This document shows positions 50,730-64,000 of a stretch of 64,000 bases of DNA, in pieces. The stretch's first letter is position 1. Each line of letters starts with the position of its first letter. The notes under the pieces were generated by a model. The model did not search any database, was not told the origin of the DNA, and saw nothing but the letters and a program-made list of their open reading frames with translations. The position numbers and the translations under genes were made by a program. This DNA is from Lama glama (taxonomy: Eukaryota), in assembly GCA_028534125.1 (NCBI GenBank), contig CM052817.1, forward strand, positions 108,378,001 to 108,442,000, in the 5' to 3' direction.

Positions 50730-53038
50730 TGTGTTAGTTTATATGATGGCATGGAAAAGCTAAACTGGGAGAACTCCATGGTTTAACACATCACGTGTTT
50801 ATTTCTTGATCATAGTAAATATCCAACACACGTGGGTTGGTGGCTCTGTTCCATAGAGTTAAGATGAGGTCCAGGTTGACGGGGAGGGGCACCACTACCT
50901 CACAGCTGCATCTTCTGCAGCACAAGTTCTCCTGCTTAGAAGAAGAGAAGACTGGAGAATCATTAGTATACTGAGATGCTATGGCCCAGAATCTGGTCCT
51001 CTCCTTTCCAAGCTGTGAAATATCATCTGACCAGCCATGCACCATCAGGAGTGACTCAAGGTTGATGTATAATCAGAACGACACTATTCCTTTATAATGA
51101 GAACTTTTATGGCGCTCATATCTTCCAAGAAGTTCATTCCTTTTATTTGAGAAAGCTTTGAGGGAATGTAATGGTAAAAAGTGCTTGCTTATTCATTTAT
51201 AATTAATAGTCTAGCTGCTAAGTAGCCTCAACAACATAGATCTTGACCTGAAGGAAGCTGACATTGAATCTGAAAGATGTTTGGTGAAGAGGAGCAGGAC
51301 CTAGGAGAAGTTAGCTACAGGAATCCATTGCTTATTGACATTAAAGAGAGTAGAATGATCTCACCTCCACATTAAGGATGACCTCTGTCAGGTGGAGACC
51401 ATATGCAAATACACCATCACTCTCCATTCAGCCCAGACCAGAAGTTTCCAAGGAGGACATCTGAAAATCTCATCTGATCATGGCCCCAGGGTCCAAGCCC
51501 AGGATCTGGCGACTGTCTCCAGGTAATGTCTAAGTGTGGCTCCTCTTGAGTTTGAGACCCATGAAATAAAAAGAACTCACCTGTCCACATGCACATACTC
51601 CAAACACAATTGTAGGACAAAGCAGGTTAAGGGCAATAAGCACTACCTTCTGAAAAGTGGAAGAGTGGGAGCCACAGAGCAGGCGCTGGACCATAGCAAT
51701 TCTGAAATCCTGCTGGGCAGGTGTTACACGGTCCCCCTGTACCTGGGGGTGGGGGATGGCTTTTGATTAAGCCCCACGGTGGCTCCCTGGGAACAGCTCT
51801 CCAGTCCACTTTCTCCATGGCTCTTGGAACCACCCTCTGGGAAGTTTTTTCCCCATTATTTCTTTGCTTCTATGTTAAGAGGTCACTGGGTTGATGAGAT
51901 CTGGGCAGTTCAGCTCGCTTCCCACAACAGAATTGGTGGCCCATGTGTCAGTTTAGGTTTAATAGAATCATATACCTTTAAATTCAAGCTGGCAGTACCA
52001 GGAACACAACTCTGTTAGGGACTTCACTCACTTACATTTTTCACTCCAGCGCGATAGCTGTGTCAGGATTCTCCGTGAACCATGTCTCTCTCACTAGAGT
52101 TAGTTACAACATTTTATTCTTATCAGCCCTCCCTGGGACCAAGTCCTTTTTTATTTGTCCTCAGCCATTGTATCCAAATGAATTGGAGGCCACAGAAATC
52201 CAATCAGTAGTCTTAAAGAAGTCTGTGATGGTCTGAGGGACACAACTGTGCTTTCTTTTCGCCCTGATGCTGTGCCGTATCAATCAGCATTTGCAGCTCA
52301 AGAATTTCTCACTTTTGTCTTTGACTCGCTAGACAAGAGAAACTATTTCTCCAGATTCTCTTAGACTTTCCATGTCCCCTTTGCAAACAGTATAAAGCTT
52401 TTCTGAGCATAGTTTTTCTTGTATTAGCCTTACAAATCTATATCAAATCACAACCAATTTCAAACACCAAATACATTAAGTACATTCTCAGCTCTTATTT
52501 GCCTTCAGAAGGTCAGCCAAATGTTAACTTAATGCACAACACGGGGTGCCACCTTCCCAGACTCCTAAAACTTTTCTTACCTTACACCAACCAGCCCCAA
52601 GGCAATGTCAGAATTTTCCGTTTCCTTGATGGTATTGCGGGGGGAGGAGGGGGAGCACTTCCATCCTAGATATTTCCTTCTTTTGTCAGCCTTAAGTATG
52701 TTATGCTTCATAACAAAGATAAATAAACAAATAAAAGGAAAAAAATCTCAAAATCATAATGACTGAGCACTGCAAATACTTCATCTCATTCACGTTGCAT
52801 GTGGTTGGCTGTGCCTCGGGCTGTGTGTGGGATTCAGGTGTGCCCCACAACTTGGTGGAGACTTGTCATTTCTTTTAAGCTGTCAGAGTTATCAGAATGT
52901 CACTTTTGCTACATTCCATGGGCAAAGCCAATTAATTATATGACCAAGCCCAAAACCAATGGAGTGGGGAAGTAGGCTTCTCTCGGTGGTTAAGAGCAAA
53001 GATTGAATATTTGTTGGCAAATAATAAAATTTACCACA
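50730..53038 (-). mobile_element. Degraded MaLR region: two MLT1-like LTRs (about 50730-50990 and 52684-53038) around MLT-int-like sequence
   Basis: Both ends resemble reverse MLT1J/K LTRs; 51400-52600 resembles MaLR internal sequence. Confidence 0.5.
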
Positions 53039-54479
53039 TTTGCTAAACTTTTGTTGGCCTGACTAGGATGTGAATCAGTGAAAAGAAAGGACAATGTATC
53101 AGCATCCATATTTTGTAACTAATGATTAGATGCTAAAATATCATCTATGATTTTAGCATTTATAGAACTGTTTTAATATAATTACTAGTAGTTACTTAGT
53201 TTGAACTCAAGCTGAAACATATTTACTCCTTGCTCTCTCTATAAATGGCTTTATTAAAATAATGTGCATTGAGAACTGCACAGGCTATGAGAAAGTCATA
53301 ATTAAAATATCAGTAAAAAAAATGACAGTAATGTCTTTATCTGTAATGTCAAAGCATATCAAAGTCAATTTATCACCCCTTTGTGCAAATTTCACCATCA
53401 TTAAATCATCAGAGTGTTGCACTGAAGTATCTTTAGCAAAGAAGTTGGCTTTTAGTACCATCATAATATTGCCAGTCTGCCCGTCAGCCAGGTTTACCCT
53501 CGTTTCCATTTGAAGAATAAGAAAATTCAGTTTTTCTGTAACGTGACCAGGCATAAAGTAAAACTTCTTCCATGATCCACCCTCCATCCTCTGCGCCCGG
53601 AATCAATAGTGTAGAGTTTGGAATGCTTTTGAATTATGTGAATTTTTCACCTCTATCCTTCAAATAATATTTACATACAAGGGTCAGAATTAGAACAGTC
53701 ATCCCAAAGTTTCCAGCCAAAAGGGAAGTGTGAATCACGGAGAATGTGCTTCTCCGACTAGGAATTTCTCTTATCCACTCTCAGCACCTTTAAAAGTCTC
53801 ACTCAGCACCTGACAGTCATTCCAGAATGCTAACAGATCCCTGGCGCTCTGCGCTGAGCAACAGTATCAGCACCGTTAGCTTTGTCCATGTGCCCTAATC
53901 TTCAGCCATCCTGTGACCACTAGGTTATCCATCTGTCAGATCTCATAAATGCAGGGATAAGGGTAAAACATTCAATGCGTCGAGAGGAATTTTATACCAG
54001 CTGCTGATGTCAATTTTCCACCTGTTTATTTTACAACAAGCTCACATTTCTAAGGCAGGGCATGGATAACCACATTCAAGGCAAAGACGGGGCCATTCGT
54101 TCCAGAGTCGGGGCTGCCTCCTCAGTTCGTCAGGGGTGCAGTACCAATTCATCCACTTGTCACTGCGATCAGACCTGCTCTTGGACGTGAGCCAGAAAGT
54201 ACTGGGGTGAGTAAAGGGTAAAGTAAACTTCACAGAATTTTAATTCGCAGAGGCACGTTCTGCAACTGAAGTCACTTCTTGTTTGTATGTCAAAGTTGAG
54301 TCTAAGACCCTAGGTGATCTAAGACATCAATAAATTAAGCCCGCATTCTCAGATGCAAACCTCAGTTTTCTAATACTTTCTTCCAACAGTTCATATGTAA
54401 GAAGGAAGACTTTTATCTGAAGACAGATGAGGACTTGATCTGAAAACATATGGCAGAATTAAGTACCATAGAATAAACA

Positions 54480-55560
54480 TTTAGGAAGAACCACTACGTG
54501 CCTATGAAAATGACTAAATACCAAGGAACTGACAACACCAAATGTTGACAAAGATGTGGAACAACAGGGGCTCTCATCGTTCAGGGGGAGGTGCAGAATG
54601 GTGCCACCACCTTGGAAGACAGTCTGGCAGTATTTTACAATATTAAATATACTCACAAATATGATTCAGCCATCTTGCTCCTTGGTATTTACCCCAATGA
54701 GCTGATAACGTATGTTCACCCAAAAATCTGCCCATGAATATTTAAAGCAGCTTCATTTATAAATTGCCAAAACATGGAAACAACAATGATGCCCTTTGAT
54801 AGGCAAATGGATAAATAAACTGTGGTCCATCCAGACAATGGGATCTGATTCAGTGATAAAGAGAAATGAGCTATCAAGCCAGGAAAAGACATGGAGGAAA
54901 CCTAAATGCATATTGCTAAGTGAAAGAAGCCAATCTGGAAAGGCTACACACTGTAGGATTCCAATCATAGAAAATTCTGGAAAAGACAAAACCATGATGA
55001 TCAGTGGTTGCCAGAGCTTCAGAAGGAAGGCCCAATAGAGGGAGGAAAAGGCAGAGCACATAGAGAGAATCCAGGGGGCAGGGAATCTACTCTGTATAAG
55101 ACTGTAATAGAGGATGTGCAGCATTACACATTTACAACACAACACAAGGAGTGAACCCTGCTGCGAACAATGGAGTTTAGTCACAATGATGCATCAATAT
55201 TGGCTCATCAATAACAAATAATGATACAAGGGGGAGGGTATAGCTCAGTGGTAGAGCAAGTGCCTAGCAAGCACAAGGTCCTGGGTTCAATCCCCAGTGA
55301 AAATAAGTAAATAAATTGAAAAAAACCAATTACCTCCCCTACAAAAATAAAATAATAATAAACAAATAAGTTTTTTAAAAAGAAAAAAGAAACAAATAAT
55401 GACACACATCCTGCCTCCGTAACATCTCGCACAATAATCCAAGCTGTTAATAGCAGGGAGAGCTGTGGGGAGAGGAAGGGTATAAGAAAATGCTCTGTGC
55501 TTTCCGCTCAATTCTTCTGTAAACCTAAAACTGCTCAAAACAATTAAAGTCTATTCCTGT
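54480..55560 (+). mobile_element. Old L1 (L1MB/L1MC-like) 3' end
   Basis: WINKLWSIQTM...KCILLSERSQ; ends ctgtaaacctaaaactgctc. Confidence 0.85.
55230..55390 (+). mobile_element. Vic-1-type SINE inserted into an older L1 3' end
   Basis: tRNA-Ala-like head; TSD aacaaataatga(t/c)aca at 55213 and 55391. Confidence 0.92.
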
Positions 55561-55828
55561 AAGAAAAAGAGTTTAAGAAGTCAGAGAGAGCTGTGGAGAG
55601 AATGAATTATGTTGCAACACTATGAGTTAAAACGAATCAAACTGATACCATGTTATACATGGCAGTAAGTTTCATTAAACATTACTTTTTACTTCATATT
55701 TCATAATCATCCCAGATATATTCAGAAAAGAGGTCAAAAGAAGAGTGAATACTGGCACAGTATTTGCCAAGTGTTTAAAAGCTGTATATTTTTAAACTAT
55801 AGTTTATTTTTTAAACCATATATTTTTA

Positions 55829-55980
55829 TTTTTCTAATTTTTAAATGTATCTTTCTTTCTTTCTTATTTTGGGGGGAGGTAATTAGGTTTATTTATTTAT
55901 TTATTTTTAGTGGAGGTGCTGGGGATTGAAGCCAGGACCTCGTGTGTGCTAAGCACTACCACTTAGCTATACCTTCCCAC
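55829..55980 (-). mobile_element. Vic-1-type SINE
   Basis: Reverse head; TSD taaaccat(a/g)tattttta at 55812 and 55981. Confidence 0.9.
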
Positions 55981-57297
55981 TAAACCATGTATTTTTAAAA
56001 GTACAGTCTTTTAAAACAATTTTGAAATTGAAAGGATCTTTACTCACACTGCCTCCTGACATTGCCTGAGTTAAAAGTACCTATTATCTCTTCTTTAGGA
56101 TACTCATTTACTTATTTGTTCAATGTATATTGAGTACCTACTGTCTGCTGGGCATTGTCCTGGGTGTTTCAGGGGAACGAGAGGTGCAGATAAGTAACGT
56201 GACACCTCTGAGCTCAAGGCGCACCCACAATCTAAAGAGACAATGCGGTGTAGTTCTGTGATGGACCACGTCAGAATCTCAGCAGCTTCACACAGCAGAG
56301 GTGACTTTCCAGTTCCTGTCGCAGCCTGGTGTGGTTCCCCTTGCACCTGGTGGGGGCAGAAGTCAGGAGGGGGAGGGTGCTCCACGCGGTGATGCAGAAA
56401 TTCAGGCTCTTTTTATCCAGTGGCTTCATCAGCTTCGATGTGTGGCTGTAAAAATTGCCAAAAGGGGGAAAAGGAAGACAGGATGCGAAGACTGAGTAAG
56501 GATTGTACAAGGAAGCCTCCCAGTTGCGCACATCACACGGTTCCAACCGAATTATAAAGGATGGAGGAAGGCAGAGTCTTCCTGTGTAGCCAGGAAGAAA
56601 CAAAAGGGATTGATACAGAAGGGGATGTTTTCTGTCACACTGACATGTAAGGAAACATTTATGATAGAGTGTGGTGAGGGACACAACAAAGATGTGTAGG
56701 CAGTCCAGTTTTATTCAGAGGGGAGGTTCCCAAAGGCGTTAAATTGAAACTCACAAAATTCAACTAATTTTCCCATTAATACAAATGTCGGTTAGGGGAG
56801 GTGTGCTCTTGGATATTGTATGACTTGAGTAACTACTCTCCAATTTTAGCACCTTTCTGCTTGACCCTATCACCTTCCATTTTCTCAAAGTAGGTCTAAT
56901 ATTCTAAGTTTCTCATTTGAAATAAATTTGCAAGATTCATGCAGTGTTGGGCCTTCTGGGCTTTTCGTCACTTCTGACTTGATTCCAAAGTTTGCAGACA
57001 AAGTTTTCAGCAAATGCAGTAAAACCACCAGTACAGATAACCTCCGGATGCTGCTGTGAATGGATATAAAAATATTATACATAATAATATCATATGATAA
57101 AATGCAGCTTCATGTATAGACCATCTGAGGCCCATAAACAAATACACATAATGCCTACTAAATACGGATGGAAGGCGTATCTGTTTACCAGCCAGACTGG
57201 TGCCGCCATGCGGCAACAATATTTACACGGTTTACAGTTTCTTCTGCCAACAGCTTTAAAAGTATGTGCTCTGGATGAATATTTAAAACTTTTTTCA

Positions 57298-57432
57298 GGG
57301 GGGAGGGTATAGCTCAGTGGTAAGAGCACATGCTTAGCATGCATGAGGTCATGGGTTTGACCCCCAGTACCTCCATTAAATAAAAATTAATAATAAATAT
57401 ATAAACCTAATTACCTCCCACCCCCAAAAAAA
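57298..57432 (+). mobile_element. Vic-1-type SINE
   Basis: ggggagggtatagctcagtgg...cagtacctcc head with cctaattacctccc motif. Confidence 0.9.
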
Positions 57433-57848
57433 TTTTTTTTAGATTCTCAATATCTCAAAGTGTGACAGTATTAGTATGCTGGGAACTTAAAATCACATAG
57501 TAAATTTTGCATAAAATGTGACCACATTTATAGACTGTTTTCAATAGACTTATAAGCTACAGACTAATGTGTGATAGTTTTTCTGTCTTCAGCCCATTCC
57601 AATTCCTTCCCCACGTCATCCACAGAGAATTTTCCATGAGAAGCAGGGATCTCACTGTGTTATTCCCTTAAGTAAAAGCCCTCAATAGTTCTTACGGCCA
57701 AACGCTAAAGCTTTTAAATACAATTCCATACAACAAACATTTAATGAAAATCTACTAGATGCCAAGTATTTGGGAGAAATAAAACTTGAAAACTTCATAA
57801 TCTTTGAAATAATCTTCCATCTTTTTCCACCATTCTCCATCTCTGGCT

Positions 57849-58002
57849 CCAATGTTTTATTTTTCATTTTTCAAAATGTTACTTACTTTTCTAGGTGGGT
57901 AATTTATTTTATTTATTTACTTTTAGAGGGAACATGGGTGATAGAACCCAGGACCTCGTGCATGCTGAGCATGCGCTCCACCACTGAGCTACACCTTGCC
58001 CC
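57849..58002 (-). mobile_element. Vic-1-type SINE
   Basis: Reverse head; TSD ca(t/c)ctctggct. Confidence 0.85.
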
Positions 58003-58759
58003 CACCTCTGGCTGGAATTTACCCAGCTGCCAGTCACTCGCTGACGGCAGGATTTTCTTTTCTCACATCTCCTGGTCTCTGAACAAGCTGTATCAGCCAG
58101 AAGTGAGTGTGGTAAACAGATAGTTTCAGCAGAAGGGATTTGACACAGGAAATTAAATGCTTTTGAAATGACTGAAGGTCTGGAGGAGGGAGTCCCAGGG
58201 CTGCTGCTGGACCTGGGAGTTCAAGGACACCCTGGATGGTGACAACCAGGCCCAGGTGTGCTGATTTCGGCTCCTGCAATTACTCTGACTGCCTCGGACC
58301 CCCAGGGTGCTGGAACATTAAGCCTAGCTGCTACAACTGTCTTTAAACTCTGACGTTTCTGCGGTATCATTTGCTACCTAAAATAGCAAGACAAGGGCTG
58401 CACCACAAAGCCACATTCCAAATTTCACCAGAATGCGTCTAATTAGCACAACCTAATTTGCATCCAGACCTGGGCTACTAGGCAGCCCAGGAAACCTGGT
58501 TTCTAGCTCTCTGTCTCCCGTTGTTCAGGAATGGAAACAGAAAGACAGAAGTAGGAGAGGATGCAGAGTCGTACCCAGAACACAGAATGTATCCAATGCC
58601 TGGATTGCCGTCCATTCCTGACTGCCTGCCACCATTCCCGCCCCGACACCCAACTCCAGCAATCCCTTCCATGAGATGAATCCGGAGGCTGTCCGTCGTG
58701 ACCACATCACTTCCTTCCCGAGGACACCATTCTCACAGAAGATACTGAAGATAAAGGAT

Positions 58760-58948
58760 GTGTATATAAAAATAGATAAAAAACCAAATTTCTTCTGTAT
58801 AGCACAGAGAACTATAGTCAATATCTTGTAATAACCTTTGATGAAAAAGAATATGAAAATGAACGTGTGTATGTATACACATGACTGGGACATTGTGCTG
58901 TGTACCAGTAATTGACACATTGTAACTGACTGTACCTCAATTAAAAAA
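58760..58948 (+). mobile_element. L1 3'UTR fragment
   Basis: Matches the other young L1 3' ends; flanked by aaaggatg on both sides. Confidence 0.88.
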
Positions 58949-59079
58949 GGATGCAGAAGATGCCCTGGGTTCAGCTGGTCTCCTGGAGAAACAACAGCAC
59001 ATTGGAGGCTCCAATGCTGGCAAATTAGCTATTTAGAGGCAACAGGCCCCAGATCAGCCTCAGTATGTGGGAGTCCGTA

Positions 59080-60070
59080 CCACAGCTGCGTGCCTATTCC
59101 CCGTCTCTGCCATTGTGGTCACCCTGCTTATGGGCTCATTGTGCTGGCTCTTGGATGGCCGGTGACAAAGCTGGCCAAGTCACGTTGTTATTCGTGCCTT
59201 TCCCAAAATGGATACTTTCTGGCAGATGTGAACGTGATTTTTAAGAATATCATCACACTTTATGCCCACTCCTATATATCCACCTTCATGCCTGCCTCTC
59301 CCTCCCTTTTCTTTGTCTCTGATGTGTTAGTACTTTTCTTTCTAGACCGCTGAGCTACTGGCCAGGGCATGGACCACTGCCTACAAGTTTGTACAAATTC
59401 TCCACCTGGCTCCCTCTTTTCCCTCCATGAAAGTGAGGCTCCACCCATCGGGAAGGTTTTCCTGTGTCCCTGTTCACATACGCCCTGTTCCCCTACACCT
59501 TTCAAATGTCAGAATCACCACCCTGGAAAGAGCACTCCCCTCCAGCGGGACTTTTTCCCAGGTCACCACTGGTGACATCTTTAGCGGCTGGGCCTCCATT
59601 TGCGCCAGGGAGTGTCTGTGGCCTGTACACCACGAAGGGGCAGCATCCTCTTGTCTCTTTGCCAGTCAGTGATGAGTCCTGGGACCTACAGACCCATCCT
59701 TCCTCCTGACTTCTCCATCCACCTGCAGCACCACCTGCGTCAGATCATGCTCTGGGAAGCAGATGCCAAGTAGACAGCAGACGTGCAAGAGGTCTGTTGG
59801 GGAAACACCTGTGAAGAGAAAAGGGAAGAGGGAGCAGGAGGAAGGAGGGAGAGCCCACCAATTACCATGCTGGTCTGACATTTGTGAAAGGAGATCGGAT
59901 GGGAAGCACTTCTGACTGCAGAGCTGTGCTGAAGACACCTTGGCCGGACATCCAGATGGTCCATGAGAAGAGATCCACGCTGGGCAGAACACCCAACTCC
60001 GGTCCCCCCGCCACATTCAGTCACTGGCTGGAAGCAGCCCAGGGAGAGTGTTACTTCCATGTGGACACCA
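59080..60070 (-). mobile_element. ERVL remnant: LTR16-like LTR (about 59735-60070), gag start, and RNase H / integrase start
   Basis: Minus-strand motifs SPVVTWEKVPLEG (gag-like), GKPSRWVE and RICTNL*AVVHALA (compare RNase H GKSSQWAE and RIYTDSWAVANGLA), and AHKQGDHNGRDG (compare integrase AHEQSGHGGRDG). Confidence 0.75.
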
Positions 60071-61719
60071 TGGTAGGTCCCACAGATGGGGCAGCTGGAA
60101 GCCACGGGGTCTCCCAGCAGGAGGTCTACCGTGCACCATTGTGACTCTTTTATGGTTGCAGCATGATCTCTTCCCGCCTGGAGGGGTGGGAACACCATGG
60201 ACTGGCTGCCAACAGAGCCATTTCTCACTTCTTCATCATTTTAACGGCACATTCATTAAATTACCTTCCACTGTCTTTGGGATCTGTTATCCGGCTCTTA
60301 ATTACTTGACTTTCGGGAAATACAGTCTCTCCATGATGACTTACCAGCATGTGATACTTGATTCTTGCTAAGTCATTAGCATTTGATGCTAGCGCCCACC
60401 TTCCTACCTGGCTCTGACACACTTTTCTGATCAACCACTTGGTGATTCCCAGCCCTCTAGGACATCCTATTCTGCCTGGCATCCTGTTCTGCTGTCCCCA
60501 GCTGGCGCCTTTAATCACACCCTTCCCTTGGCCTGAAACGGGCTTGCCTGTATCTTGTTTATCCAGGAGCTTCTCCGTTTCTTGCTGATTTAACATGAAA
60601 CACTAACATGAATTAAAAACAATGTACGATTCCTATGATGCCACTACAGTGAGGGCATCGACCCTGCAGGGATGACGCTGACATTCTGGCTAAGATTTGT
60701 CACAGTACAAGAGCATTTAAAATGCCCTACATCACACAGCTCACACTGGAGACTAGCTGGACAGAGATTTTCTTAAATGTGGCTGCAATCCAAAAAATTT
60801 ACAGCATAATCCGACAAGTTGAAAATCTGCAACAATCATCTCTAAACCATTAAGAGGAAGAAATAAATTTTGGATCCACCACGGTATAGGACAGAATAGA
60901 CTATTTCTCTGTTCTCTCTGCAGCAGCTGATATAAAATTATAGTTATATGAAGAAGAGGATTAGACAATACATCAAATGCATCAAAATACTATAGGAAAA
61001 ATTTCCTACAGGAATGTATCAGACAGTATCATGTAAATGCTACACCCGCCAGAGGGAAATATTTTCAAATATTAATACAGTGTTATCTGTGTCTTAAGAT
61101 GTCGATATAAAAGTGTAGCTTTTGTGGGAATGTAAATTGATACAAACTTACTGCAATGAAACTCAAAATTTTAAGATTATTTCTTATATTTTTTGAAGGA
61201 GAAATTCTTAGGTTTTCAATATTTATACTAAATATGCTCTGCTGGCTTGGAGAGTACTTAAGTGATTGCATTTTGACAGAACTGAGGACATGTTATCCCT
61301 CTTGAAATACTAGCATCATAGTAGAATAGAAAGATTCAGGACTGAAAACCAGGATAGCTAGCTGCTAGTCTCATTTCTACAGTAAATAATTTTTTTTTTC
61401 CTTTGGTCGAGTCATTAAATTAGCTTTCTCATCTAAAATCTTAGAGGATTAATCAGTTTCTTGCTATTCGAAAATTATAGGAATATGACCATCAGTTCAC
61501 CAGAATATATAAAATCTATCATTACAAATATGTTCTGCTTTGTACTGTGACACAAAACCAAATAAAAATTTAAGTATTATTAAAAGCTTGGTCAATGATT
61601 AGTATCATCAGTCAGTATCCAAGTCAGTTATCCATGCTCTTTTCTAGGGCTATTCTAGAAAACGTTATCATTGCATTCAAGATGACTCCTTTTTTAGAGA
61701 GTAAATGGAGGTATATCTG

Positions 61720-62196
61720 CAGCTGCCAAGGCTAACTGTACTCTATATCAACCGTAACACAGACTCCAAAAATAGTGACTTTTGAAAAAAGATGGATCTT
61801 TTTTCCCCATGTAACATAAATCCAGAGATAAGCAATCCAGATTCATGAAGTCTTTACAGAGCCAGGATCCTTTGTAGTTTCTACTCTGCTCATGGCCCAA
61901 AATGACTGCTGGAGCACCAGCCTTCACACTTGCATTTCACATAGCAGAATGGAAGGGAAAATCCAGGAAGGGAATATCCAGCTCCTTTAAAGTACATTTC
62001 CTAAAAGTAGCGCATCACGTTTGCTGCAGCTCACTGGCTAAAATGTTGCCACTTGGCCATAACCAACTGCAAGAAAGGATGGCGAATGTCCTTATTTTTT
62101 CCTGGACTGCAAGTTGTTCACTGACCTTCAAAGTTATTACTACTAAGAAAGTAAGGGAGACTAGACATTAGGATACTGCTAGCAATCCCTGCAACA
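61720..62196 (-). mobile_element. MLT1-type MaLR LTR
   Basis: ctcactggctaaaatgttgccacttggccataaccaactgcaaga...gcaatccctgcaaca. Confidence 0.65.
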
Positions 62197-63713
62197 GCAT
62201 GTTTGCCTCATCTTCTAAGAATTTATTGCAATGATTACACTTTGCTTCCAAGAATTGGTTTGGGTCCTGACACTCCAGTTTTTTCCCCGATTTCTGCTCT
62301 CTTGCCTTACTCTGATTTTGGGGGTTTCAGAAGAAGACTTCTGGACATCTGTCTTCCTTCTAATTTGGCTTCTTCCTATGACTGCTTCTCAAAGCTCAGC
62401 CGCTACTCAGCTCAGCCACTTAAGCCTCCCATCAAGTGATCACGTCCCCCACCTCCAAGCCCAGCTCAGTGACTTTCTACCCAGGCCCGAACCCAGCACC
62501 GAACCCAGCAACTGGGCTCCCTTGTCTTCCAGGAAGAGAGATTACCCACTAACAGGTTAAGCTTTTCCTGGTTTTTGAAGCCTTTTCTCAATTTCACAAA
62601 GGGATATCCTCTCATCTTTTAAACCAGTTGCTCAGTGGCTACATTCACTCATTCATTCATTCCCTTGTTACCAAAAATATATGGACAGATGTTGAATAGC
62701 AGAGGATTGTTTTTCCTCTATACTGACATGTTTTGACAAAGCACGCACTCCGAATCCAGCAGCAATAGTGGGTTAGTGATAGATACATCTTTTTTTCTAC
62801 CAGAACACTTTGCCTCATAAAACAAGGGATCACTGTGTACTTTCACAATGCCTCCTAGCCTAATATTTCAATTTTTAAGACAGTTATAGCACATTTCCTT
62901 ATTTATCTCCCTGACTCTTTCAACTCCTGGGTTTCCGTCGTTGGCAGGTATGTTCTGGCACCTTCCAGTGGATAATTCTACACACCTTCCAGCAGGAATC
63001 GCTTCAAAGAATTAGCCTATTTACTGTTACTGATTATGCAACACATCATCTTGACAACCTGAGCAACACTTCCTGGAATTATGAGAACACGTTGTACTGA
63101 ACTGGCAATTGGTGGAAAGGGTACAAAAATAATTTCCCACGAAAATAGTGTATGATAACATCAAGAACAATTTAAAGTATTTCTTCTGTCAAATGCTACC
63201 TAAATATATTTCAATAATCTAGAGCAAACAAGTCACAGAGAATATTTTGGGAAAGAATAAAGTGATTTAATCTTGGCCCTTAGTTTCAATGAGATCAAGT
63301 TCCTGGCAACGACGAGTTCAAATTCTTGGCAAATCACCAAATGTGTGAATTCTGACATGAGTTTCCAACCAAATATGGGATCAGAAGGTAAAAAGTGGCA
63401 GGATCCGCTAAAACAGGTTGCGTTTTATGATCTAAAAATCAAAAAAAGCTAACTCAGAATTTCTGAATGCAGCCCTCCCATCCACATTTTATAAAATCAA
63501 ATAAAACATCCAAAATGTGCATTTTCCCTTAAGACCTTAAAATTACCTTTCTTTTTCTCCTTTTCTTCATCATCATCAGAGTCCTTCAAACAGTAATCGA
63601 TATGTTTTTCACCCACTTTGTCATCACTTGGTCACTTTTATTACTTTGTAGCATTTGGTGTACAGTGTATGATAGACTTTTTGCAGGAATAAGTACATTG
63701 AAAAGCAGCAATG

Positions 63714-63736
63714 GACACACACACACACACACACAT
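63714..63736. repeat. (CA)n microsatellite
   Basis: Seen directly; similar tracts near 34484 and 36664. Confidence 0.9.
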
Positions 63737-64000
63737 AGCGTATTTCTTGCCTTCAGAGAGTCTGCTGCAAGCCCAGCACCCTGTCCCAAGCAACTCCCTT
63801 CAAATGGGTCAGGGGTCTACAGCGTTCTGTCCCGTGGCTCCAGCATGTCCCTCGGCACCCCCAAGATCACAGTCGGGGAAGGAGCGAGCTAGAAGGTCAC
63901 ACAGTAGACGTCACTGCCTCTGCCCGGAAGGGACATGCAGAAGTTACGTCTCCTTACAGCTCAGCTCCTGGGTCATCATGAACCACATGGCTTTGCCTGT

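Noticed and set aside
53285..53587. 100-aa minus-strand ORF
   Set aside because: No recognisable homology or supporting gene structure.
15966..58002. Eleven tRNA-Ala(AGC)-like sequences as tRNA genes
   Set aside because: Each has substitutions, an AT-rich tail and often a TSD; they are SINE heads.
1..64000. CRISPR array, operon or other novel multi-gene system
   Set aside because: Mammalian intronic and intergenic DNA with no regularly spaced repeat-spacer structure; dispersed repeats are explained by SINEs, LINEs and LTRs.

Overview
Mammalian genomic DNA, most likely a camelid (alpaca, llama or camel), judged from 11 tRNA-Ala-derived Vic-1-type SINEs. The minus strand carries the 5' end of GLRB (glycine receptor beta): a CpG-island promoter with non-coding exon 1 (donor at 19643/19642) and coding exon 2 (17824-17674, [40 protein letters not shown]). 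Intron 2 runs off the left edge. A 500-N gap lies in intron 1. The remaining ~44 kb is upstream intergenic DNA rich in L1, L2, MaLR, ERVL, ERV1 LTR and DNA-transposon fossils. The most informative element is a complete ~2.7-kb processed pseudogene of LRRC2 (28941-31645, +) with AATAAA, a poly(A) tail and a perfect 18-bp target-site duplication. It appears to record a non-canonical LRRC2 mRNA with a different 5' segment carrying an in-frame Kozak ATG and a cleanly skipped internal exon. I found no evidence of a novel multi-gene system. Gene and repeat names come from recalled reference sequences, not from a database search, and repeat boundaries are approximate.
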